From Candidatus Moraniibacteriota bacterium (lineage in GTDB: Bacteria > Patescibacteriota > Minisyncoccia > Moranbacterales > GWC2-37-73), in NCBI GenBank assembly GCA_028715015.1, contig JAQTLF010000001.1:29243-93242 (forward strand): a stretch of DNA of 64,000 nucleotides, written 5' to 3'. Positions 56,733 to 64,000 of the stretch are shown in pieces (position 1 is the stretch's first letter; every line of letters begins with the position of its first letter). Position numbers and translations under genes: made by a program. The notes beneath the pieces were generated by a model. It was not told the DNA's origin. It saw nothing but the letters and a program-made list of their open reading frames with translations, and made no database searches.

Positions 56733-58178
56733 TTATTTCAATTTTTCAGCGAAGAATGTTGGCAGGTCGGCAATTTTCACACGCTCCTGCTGCATCGTGT
56801 CGCGGTCGCGGACTGTCACGGCACCATCTTCCAGCGAATCAAAATCCACAGTCACGCAATATGGTGTTCCGATCTCATCCTGGCGGCGATATCTTTTTCC
56901 CACATTTCCATTGTCATCAAACTCACACATGAAATCCATTTTCAATGTGTCAAAAATTTCCTTTGCTTTGGCAACCAATTCTGGCTTGTTTTTCATCAGC
57001 GGAAAGATTGCAACTTTGATCGGTGCCAGACGTTTGTCCAATTTCAACACAGTACGGACATCGCCATCATTTTCTTCTTGAGTGTACGCCTTATCAAGAA
57101 ACATCAAAAAGAGACGCGCCAATCCTGCGGAAGTTTCCATGATGTGCGGAATAAATCTCTCGCCAGTTTTTTCATCGAAGTATGAAAGATCAACTCCTGA
57201 AAATTTTGAATGTTGCGAAAGATCCCAATCGCCACGAGCATGAATTCCTTCAACCTCTTTAAAACCACCCAATGACTTGAAATTATATTCAACGTCATAA
57301 GCTTCGGATGCATAATGTGCCAATTTTTCATGCTCATACCAACGAATGTCTTCTTTTGCAATTCCATATTCCAAATACCAATTCCAACGAACCTGTTTCC
57401 AATCGTCATATTTTTCCTTCATGATGCTTGGATGCAAAAAGTATTGCATTTCCATTTGTTCAAATTCACGAGTGCGAAAAACAAATTGGCGAGCCACAAT
57501 CTCATTGCGAAATGCTTTTCCAACTTGCGCAATACCGAATGGCAATTTCACACGAGTGGAATCAACAGTGTTCTTATATTCCAAATAAATTCCTCCGCAT
57601 GTTTCAGGACGAAGATATACGACATTTTCCTCACTAAGCGCATCAGTGGGACTGCCAAGATTTGATTTTACCATCAAGGAAAATCTTTTCGCTTCGGTCA
57701 CATCGGTCGAACCGCAATTCTGACATTTCAATTTTCCAAGTTCACGAAGTTTATCAAGTTCAATGTTTATAAAATCAAGCGGTTGCTTGTCAGCATTTAT
57801 CCCAAAAAGTTCCAGCACATGATCTGCACGCATTCTGGCGTTACATTTTTTGCAATCAATTTGTGGATCATCAAAACTATCGATATGTCCGGAAGCTTTC
57901 CAGGTTGTCGGATGCATAAAGATGGCACTATCCAGACCCACGATATCATCGCGATATTGAACCATGTGCTTCCACCAAGCATCACGAATATTATTCTTCA
58001 AAAGCGTTCCATAATGACCATAGTCATAAATGGCAGCAAACCCTCCATAAATTTCCGATGACGGAAACACGAATCCGCGTCTTTTTGCTAATGAAACGAT
58101 TTCCTCCATTGCAGTCTGTTTTTTTTCTTCAGCCATAGTTTTTACTGGAGCGAGGATATTTTTTCTTTTTTCACTCAA
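56733..58178 (-). CDS. glyQS: glycyl-tRNA synthetase (homodimeric alpha2 type)
   Basis: class II motifs; GFAAIYDYGHYG; C-terminal anticodon-binding domain. Confidence 0.9.
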   Translation of the reverse strand: MSEKRKNILAPVKTMAEEKKQTAMEEIVSLAKRRGFVFPSSEIYGGFAAIYDYGHYGTLLKNNIRDAWWKHMVQYRDDIVGLDSAIFMHPTTWKASGHIDSFDDPQIDCKKCNARMRADHVLELFGINADKQPLDFINIELDKLRELGKLKCQNCGSTDVTEAKRFSLMVKSNLGSPTDALSEENVVYLRPETCGGIYLEYKNTVDSTRVKLPFGIAQVGKAFRNEIVARQFVFRTREFEQMEMQYFLHPSIMKEKYDDWKQVRWNWYLEYGIAKEDIRWYEHEKLAHYASEAYDVEYNFKSLGGFKEVEGIHARGDWDLSQHSKFSGVDLSYFDEKTGERFIPHIMETSAGLARLFLMFLDKAYTQEENDGDVRTVLKLDKRLAPIKVAIFPLMKNKPELVAKAKEIFDTLKMDFMCEFDDNGNVGKRYRRQDEIGTPYCVTVDFDSLEDGAVTVRDRDTMQQERVKIADLPTFFAEKLK

Positions 58179-58518
58179 AACAAGTCACCTTGGTGTTATG
58201 TCAAAAGTTGCAATTGTTTTGCCGTGACAAAAAGAAAAATGTATCCGAGCGGTTTAAAATATAAATTTATAAATAATTAAAAAAAGACCCATCCTGCACA
58301 AACCAAAAATTAATTTGATATGCACGGGACGAGCCTTGAAACTTATTCATCTAGAGCTAGGAAGCTAAAGTCTGATAAGCTGTTTTGGTTCGCGGTTCCA
58401 CCCGACTTCCCCGACGAAAACATCGGGACCACTCTTTTCACGCAAATTCGATTTTCCTTTATACAAGGGAAAAGGTGCCACCCTCTTCATCTCATTCACA
58501 TACATATATTATACTCCT

Positions 58519-58547
58519 ATTGACAAAAAATGTCAAACGTATTACAA
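58519..58547 (+). promoter_or_regulatory. sigma70-type promoter of the helicase gene
   Basis: TTGACA (58519-58524), 17-bp spacer, TACAAT (58542-58547); the -35 lies in the palindrome TTGACAAAAAATGTCAA. Confidence 0.5.
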
Positions 58548-58657
58548 TAGCTTTTTATGTTAATACCTTCGGTTGTTTAGTCATCAAGTGTATATATGCA
58601 TAAAAAGATTTAATTTTTTATGCAATAAGAAAAGCTTCTGAAAATCTTTCAGCAGTT

Positions 58658-59899
58658 TTGATTATAATATACATGCATAGCAGAAACTTTAAGGCGGGCA
58701 GTTCACGCCCTCCGCGCTCAAGAGCGCCATTCCAAGGTGGACGAAAAAATCCTTTCAATAATGGCGGTGGAAGTGGACGCAAAAAGCGCTTCACTGGAAA
58801 CTACATCGACGTCAGCAGATTCATCAACAAGGCGGTTCCGCAAGTTGCTGAAGAAAAATATGTTCCTGATACGATTTTTGCTGATTTCAAAATAGAAGAG
58901 TCCATCAAAAAAAATATTGCTGCTCGCGGATTTGAACATCCGACTCCGATCCAAGACAAGACCATTCCTCACATTCTGGCTGGAAAAGATCTGATCGGAC
59001 TTGCCAACACAGGAACCGGAAAAACAGGAGCTTTCCTGCTTCCGATGCTTGATAAGATCATTAAAAATCCCAACGAGAAATTGTTGGTGGTTGTGCCGAC
59101 ACGAGAATTGGCAATCCAGATCCAGGAAGAATTCCGCGCTTTTGCCGCCGGTCTTCGAATCGGCAGCGTGGTGGTTGTCGGTGGAGCCAACATCCGCACC
59201 CAGATCGAGTGTCTGCGCTCACGCTACAATGTTGTCATCGGAACACCAGGACGTTTGAAAGATCTAATCCAACGCAAAAATCTTCATCTCAATTCTTTTG
59301 CCAATGTGGTGCTTGATGAGGCTGACAGAATGTTGGACATGGGATTCATGCCTGACGTGCGATATCTGCTTTCACTCATTGCTCCAAAAAGACAGACTTT
59401 GTTTTTCTCAGCCACCCTTGCTCCGGAAATTGAAAAATTGATCCAGGAATTCTTGAATGACCCGGTTAAAATTTCCATCAAGACCCGCGAAACATCTTCC
59501 AACATCGATCAAGATGTGGTGAGAGTGAAACCAGGCGAAGACAAGATCGAAGTTTTGCAAGACCTTCTCAGAAAAGCGAATTTTTCCAAAGTTCTGATTT
59601 TTTCCCGCACCAAACACGGAGCAGAAAAACTTTCAGTGATTTTGAGCAAAAACGGATTCAAAGCACAATCGATCCATGGAGACAAATCCCATGCCAAACG
59701 TCAGAAAGCTTTGAAATTGTTCAAGGAAAACTATGTCGAAATTTTGGTTGCCACTGATGTGGCCGCCCGAGGATTGGACATCCCTGATGTTTCCCATGTG
59801 ATCAACTTCGATGTTCCTGCCACCTATGATGACTATGTCCACCGCATCGGACGAACCGGACGAGCCGGCAAAACTGGAACGGCGCTGACATTTGTCTAA
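58658..59899 (+). CDS. DEAD-box ATP-dependent RNA helicase with an RG-rich N-terminal tail (track start is TTG; the ATG for MHSRNF lies 15 nt downstream)
   Basis: Q-motif; GLANTGTGKT; DEAD (VLDEADRMLDMGF); SAT; HRIGRTGRAG. Confidence 0.9.
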   Translation: MIIIYMHSRNFKAGSSRPPRSRAPFQGGRKNPFNNGGGSGRKKRFTGNYIDVSRFINKAVPQVAEEKYVPDTIFADFKIEESIKKNIAARGFEHPTPIQDKTIPHILAGKDLIGLANTGTGKTGAFLLPMLDKIIKNPNEKLLVVVPTRELAIQIQEEFRAFAAGLRIGSVVVVGGANIRTQIECLRSRYNVVIGTPGRLKDLIQRKNLHLNSFANVVLDEADRMLDMGFMPDVRYLLSLIAPKRQTLFFSATLAPEIEKLIQEFLNDPVKISIKTRETSSNIDQDVVRVKPGEDKIEVLQDLLRKANFSKVLIFSRTKHGAEKLSVILSKNGFKAQSIHGDKSHAKRQKALKLFKENYVEILVATDVAARGLDIPDVSHVINFDVPATYDDYVHRIGRTGRAGKTGTALTFV

Positions 59900-59913
59900 A
59901 AAATTTGCACAAA

Positions 59914-59948
59914 CAAAAAAAGAAGTCTCGCTCGAGACTTCTTTTTTG
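59914..59948 (+). terminator. rho-independent terminator
   Basis: A-run, GAAGTCTCGCTCGAGACTTC, T6. Confidence 0.7.
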
Positions 59949-59964
59949 TTGAAATTTATTGGTT

Positions 59965-60144
59965 CATACGCAATATATGGTTCTCTCTGACTTTTTTGCT
60001 TAGCCTATTTCCTTTTTCGGCACGCTTCGCAGTCGCAAGACCATGACTACTCGCTCGTCCTCGCTGTCGCTGCGGATGGCCTCAAAAGAAAACAGGCAAA
60101 GCAAAAAAACAAAAGTTAATATTTGAAATCATATATTGCGTATG
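59965..60144. mobile_element. MITE-like element copy 2 (180 bp, perfect 15-bp TIRs CATACGCAATATATG)
   Basis: TIRs at 59965-59979 and 60130-60144; sub-terminal inverted motifs TTTTTTGCTTAGCC / GGCAAAGCAAAAAAA; GC-rich core. Confidence 0.8.
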
Positions 60145-60151
60145 AGCCAAA

Positions 60152-61321
60152 TTATTTTCCTGAAAGAATCTTGTTTATGACATTTTCATCCTGGCAAGAA
60201 TAGGAATTGTCAGGCGAATAGAATTTCTTTTTGGGCCCCCTGCAACCATTGTTTTCATTGTTGATGACACCGAACATGGGCATCATGAAGCCGGTTTTTC
60301 TGGTTGAAAACTTTTTGTACAAATTTTTGAGAGTTTGGGCTCTTGTCGACTGATCCATTCTGGCGAATATGTCCAGATCGTCACTCAAGATGCCAGTCCA
60401 ATCCAAATTCAAAAGCACATTGTTGGCTTTGCTGGAAAATTGGTCATTCCAAAGGAGCGCCCAACAACTTCCCCTGGTTGAAAGGCAAGCTCCGTCTTCC
60501 ACATTTCCTTGCGAATCAATGCCGACTCCGCCTTCGACATAGTCAAAAAGTTTGAGATATTTTTCATCGGTGATGTCGCCTGTCTGCGCCCCGATGATGA
60601 TGTCCACGCCTTGCTGACTGGCATAGTCGCGCATCTCCTGCACAATTTTGGGAGCAAAATCTTTGCTACCGCCACCCTCCTGCATATATATCTGTCCGAA
60701 AGTGAAACTCTGAACGCCAAGATCGATGGCTTTTCGTGTTATGTATTGCAAATATCTGCGATATTCCTTGCTGGAAAAAGTCGGTTTGCAAGTTCCCTCT
60801 CCCCAAGCATTGTTGCTGCCATCGCGACACATGGCTTTGAAATCAAATTCGTGACCGCTGTCAGCATCAGCATAATCACTTCTGACATTGATGGCTTCAG
60901 CGATGAACATGCCGAAGACCACATCTTTTTTGGTGATTTTATTCATGATATATTCCGCCTTCAAAAAATCTGGCGGAGTGAGCCATGTTTCGATGGATCT
61001 GTGCAAATAATAACAATTGGATCTGTTTATCAGATCGATGAATTTGTCATTTTCAGGATTGTATTCACTCAAAAGTCCGTCAGCCACACAGCCTTGGGAT
61101 TTTACTCTGTCCATGGAAACCGGCAAAGGTTTTGGTTTTTGCAAGATTTCAAATCTGGCCGCGATTGCTGCCTGATCATCAACTGGAACCGGTTGGGCAG
61201 CCTGGGCATTGTCGATGTTGATACTCTTAGTGCTTTCCTTGCCAAAGAAAAACCAGCCCGCAACAGAAATTGCCAGCAAAGAAAAAAACGAAACAAAAAA
61301 GATTATTTTTCCTTTTTTCAA
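60152..61321 (-). CDS. hypothetical secreted protein (possible TIM-barrel glycoside-hydrolase-like fold)
   Basis: signal peptide / TM at the N-terminus; 389 aa; no motif recognised (track start is TTG). Confidence 0.5.
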   Translation of the reverse strand: MKKGKIIFFVSFFSLLAISVAGWFFFGKESTKSINIDNAQAAQPVPVDDQAAIAARFEILQKPKPLPVSMDRVKSQGCVADGLLSEYNPENDKFIDLINRSNCYYLHRSIETWLTPPDFLKAEYIMNKITKKDVVFGMFIAEAINVRSDYADADSGHEFDFKAMCRDGSNNAWGEGTCKPTFSSKEYRRYLQYITRKAIDLGVQSFTFGQIYMQEGGGSKDFAPKIVQEMRDYASQQGVDIIIGAQTGDITDEKYLKLFDYVEGGVGIDSQGNVEDGACLSTRGSCWALLWNDQFSSKANNVLLNLDWTGILSDDLDIFARMDQSTRAQTLKNLYKKFSTRKTGFMMPMFGVINNENNGCRGPKKKFYSPDNSYSCQDENVINKILSGK

Positions 61322-61392
61322 GACTTTTTTGGTTATGTCTTAGACCATACAATTTAATACGCTTTCAGATCAAACATAATTTCTTTTCATAT

Positions 61393-61425
61393 AAAAAAGG
61401 CACCCAAATTTGGATGCCCATTTTA
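61393..61425 (-). terminator. terminator / attenuator-like hairpin
   Basis: GGGCATCCAAATTTGGGTGCC followed by CTTTTTT on the minus strand. Confidence 0.45.
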
Positions 61426-61631
61426 AGGAAGCTTAATTCTGCACTGTTTCAGATATACATGTATAAATCCCAGTTTGGTTGTACATCATTGTCTGATGTT
61501 TGCAGATTAGCACCTTTCTTCATCTTTTCTTTTTTTGCACGTTTTTTTGATTTCTCGTTTTTCATCTGCGCATCCTCCTTTTATGGAATGGCCTGCTTGA
61601 TAAAATCAATGATATCAAAAAATATTTTAGA

Positions 61632-61747
61632 ACTTACGCATTTGCCCTCGACCAAACATCAAAGTTCATCATAAGCGGGTTTTTATGAAACAAAAATAAT
61701 CTTTGGGCTGACCTCACCTGATGTTTGGCTCGGACAAACGCGTAAGT
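61632..61747. repeat. ~115-bp long imperfect inverted repeat (hairpin)
   Basis: ACTTACGCATTTGCCCTCGACCAAACATC ... GATGTTTGGCTCGGACAAACGCGTAAGT. Confidence 0.6.
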
Positions 61748-61810
61748 CATATATTTATTATTTTAAACAACCATCAATATCACCAAATTTAAAACAAATC
61801 CAAATAAAAA

Positions 61811-63931
61811 TCAAATTCTGGGTTTGATGTCGGATTGCTCGCCGGCATTGAAAACGTTTTGGAAAAGTTCTTTGATTTGGTCATAGTTGTCGCCTTGAGG
61901 AAGCAAGATGTAGCCTGTTTCGGGGGTTGATTTCGGCGCATACAGCAATCCTTGTTTTGAATCTTCCAACACTTTCTGATAGATCTTGGGATTTTTCATG
62001 CCATTATACAGATCGAAAATCTTTCTCATTTCCCAAAGCTGCATGTCGGTCTGCACATTGTTTCCCAAATTGTCCAAAATGGCATTCACTTTTCCGAATT
62101 CGTTGAAATTGAGTTGGGTGACTTTTTGTTTGAGTTGTTGCAACAAAAGCTGTTGTCTTTTGGCTCTTTCAAAATCACTGGTCAGATAGCGTGAACGCAC
62201 AAAACAAAGCGCTTGCTGTCCGCCAAGCGTGTTTTTTCCGGCAGGCAGATGGAAGTCGCCTCCACATTCAGGATTTTTGTTTTTGCAAAGCGGATATTCA
62301 GCCGTGACTTTACCTTTCTTGTTTTTCTTGGTTTGAAATTCTCCAGTGGGAATGGTGTAGACATCCGGATCGCAAACATTGACATCAGCAAATTGGGCAC
62401 TTTCATCGAATGGTTTGGAAAGATCGATTTCAACTCCGCCAACAGTGTCGACCAATTGTGAAAAACCTTGAGTGCTGACAACCGCAGCATAGTCAATGGA
62501 AAGTCCGGAAATGTCACCAACCATTTTTTCCATGTCTGCAATTCCTTGTCCGGCGCCTTTTTCTTCGCCATATTCATAGACTGCATTGATTTTGCTTTTG
62601 GTGTTTTTGCCAGGATCAATGACCCACAAGTCTCGAGGGATTGAAACCAAGGAAATTTTGTTGGCTTTGGGAGAAATGCTGGCCACCATGATCGTGTCGG
62701 TGTTTAGTCCTCCTCCTGGATGATTAGCACCAAGAATTCCCAACAGAAGGATATTGATCCTGTCATCAGCCTCACCTTTCACTTGTCCCTGATTTGGCAG
62801 ACTTGCCTGCACGATGCTGCCGACAGATTCTCCTTTGGTGGAAATTTTATTCAAAGTGTTTTCAATTTTCCAAAAAAACATGGTTCCCGCAACAACAAAA
62901 AATGTCGCGATGACCCCGAAAGTGATCCACCATTTTCTGCTTTTGTTTTTCAGTTTACTGGCATGTTTTTTGGCATGGGCATGCACGTGATGGAGCCACA
63001 TTTTCTTGCCAACCGCAATCAAAATTCCGCGAACTCTTTTCCGAGAAAAAAATCTTACGATTTTTATAAGATATTTCCTGACAAAAATTAACACCAAAAG
63101 AAGTGTTCCACTTAAAATCAACAGCATGCCTTGTAATTGATGATTTGTTTTCAGTTTGCTCCAAAAAGTTTCAGTCTCCACTGTTTTTTTCTGAACGATA
63201 TTTTTGGGAAAATCAACAACAGTCGTCATGCTCTGTCCTGCCACCAATCCCTTGTATGAATAATCAGCCACCATATCCTTTTTACCCTCAAGCCGATCAA
63301 TGCAATCCATGGTGGCTTTGTGCAATCCGACAAAACATTGCTTGGTCACGTTTTCGCTGTCGATTTTTTGCGGAAGAGTCACTTTGATCTCCGGATATTT
63401 CACATAGACAGGCCATCTGTCACCGGTTATGTCCCAAAAAAATTCATCGTGGCCATTCAGAAATCTGATTGCTCCATTGGCGACATAGTGGATGATATAT
63501 GTCTTTGCGCCTGTCACAGATTCGCTTTGGTTTCCAAGGGCAATTCCCAGATACAATTTTTTCGAGTCGGCGCTCAAAACCCGCGATGTCGCAAAAACAT
63601 ATGGATTGTTGTTTTCATCAGTGACTGAAACATTGGAAACTTCCACTGAAAAATTCGATCCGTTCAGATCCTGATAATTCAAAGGCACATATCTGATCGG
63701 TCCAGGATTGGACTGCATCCCATTGTCATAACTTATTTTTTCCGTCACGGAAACTGTGGCATCCTGATTCACAACCATGTCCACCGCATATGACTCGATG
63801 TGTTCCACACCATCAGGAACAATGCTTTCGGCCTTGGCCTGAAAAGCAAAAATTTGCGCCCACAAAAAAAGACTGATTGAAAACAAAAATATTTTTTTCA
63901 TTTGGAATATATTATCTGGCAAAATCCTCAA
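61811..63931 (-). CDS. LytR-CpsA-Psr (LCP)-family protein with a large N-terminal extracytoplasmic/membrane domain
   Basis: C-terminal LCP core (RINILLLGILGANHPGGGLNTDTIMVASI...VSIPRDLWV); N-terminal signal peptide and TM segments. Confidence 0.7.
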   Translation of the reverse strand: MRILPDNIFQMKKIFLFSISLFLWAQIFAFQAKAESIVPDGVEHIESYAVDMVVNQDATVSVTEKISYDNGMQSNPGPIRYVPLNYQDLNGSNFSVEVSNVSVTDENNNPYVFATSRVLSADSKKLYLGIALGNQSESVTGAKTYIIHYVANGAIRFLNGHDEFFWDITGDRWPVYVKYPEIKVTLPQKIDSENVTKQCFVGLHKATMDCIDRLEGKKDMVADYSYKGLVAGQSMTTVVDFPKNIVQKKTVETETFWSKLKTNHQLQGMLLILSGTLLLVLIFVRKYLIKIVRFFSRKRVRGILIAVGKKMWLHHVHAHAKKHASKLKNKSRKWWITFGVIATFFVVAGTMFFWKIENTLNKISTKGESVGSIVQASLPNQGQVKGEADDRINILLLGILGANHPGGGLNTDTIMVASISPKANKISLVSIPRDLWVIDPGKNTKSKINAVYEYGEEKGAGQGIADMEKMVGDISGLSIDYAAVVSTQGFSQLVDTVGGVEIDLSKPFDESAQFADVNVCDPDVYTIPTGEFQTKKNKKGKVTAEYPLCKNKNPECGGDFHLPAGKNTLGGQQALCFVRSRYLTSDFERAKRQQLLLQQLKQKVTQLNFNEFGKVNAILDNLGNNVQTDMQLWEMRKIFDLYNGMKNPKIYQKVLEDSKQGLLYAPKSTPETGYILLPQGDNYDQIKELFQNVFNAGEQSDIKPRI

Positions 63932-64000
63932 ATAACACAGAAATCCAGGTCACCAGACCGGATTTTTGGACTACTTCAACAACTGATTCAGTGTAGCATA

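Noticed and set aside
58400-58470. A tRNA or tRNA-like gene at GGTTCGCGGTTCCACCCGAC.
   Set aside because: It cannot be folded into a cloverleaf: there is no 7-bp acceptor stem or anticodon arm. It is more likely part of the helicase leader.

Overview
This is a low-GC window that looks like a Patescibacteria/CPR genome, and about 70 of its 73 coding regions are on the minus strand. At the left end sit the ribosomal protein L7/L12 and L10 genes (with a candidate L10 autoregulatory leader), ribosomal protein S16, a DinD/Bro-N-like gene (homologue of E. coli DNA-damage-inducible protein D), an ABC exporter, the DNA-binding protein HU, and a shortened SMC chromosome-partitioning protein. There follows a glycolysis-plus-hydrogenase block: GAPDH, a HypA-like maturation gene, the [NiFe]-hydrogenase large and small subunits, two HypC-like maturation genes, fructose-bisphosphate aldolase, triosephosphate isomerase, a DedA membrane protein, a GalT-like enzyme and a GT2 glycosyltransferase. 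A segment carrying ruvX, a small plus-strand gene and map is flanked by long inverted repeats and is followed by adk. The complete S10-spc ribosomal cluster runs from tuf and S10 through secY, with no L30 gene. Downstream are a PUR-alpha-like (DUF3276) gene, a PfkB kinase, enolase, phosphoglycerate kinase, mraY, a D-Ala-D-Ala carboxypeptidase, scpB and scpA, an MFS transporter, aspS, a tandem-REC response regulator, ispH, proS, a HIT protein, tyrS, and a 7TM histidine kinase. That kinase is downstream of a three-gene operon of unknown function (a Cys-rich secreted protein, a membrane protein and a 290-aa protein). The window ends with glyQS, a DEAD-box helicase, a secreted hypothetical protein and an LCP-family protein. 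No rRNA, tRNA or CRISPR was found. The most unusual content is non-coding: (i) heptameric CATG tandem repeats abutting the start codons of at least six genes, which create clustered upstream AUGs whose mini-ORFs stop on or near the real start; (ii) a ~95-bp composite repeat in three copies inside the ribosomal operon, plus octamer AAGAAGCT-type leader repeats; (iii) a ~475-bp GC-rich non-coding island between gap and smc, probably an unclassified structured RNA; (iv) two MITE-like elements with 15-bp terminal inverted repeats; and (v) ~140-bp inverted repeats flanking the ruvX-map segment. Coordinates of the non-coding features are approximate to within a few nucleotides.
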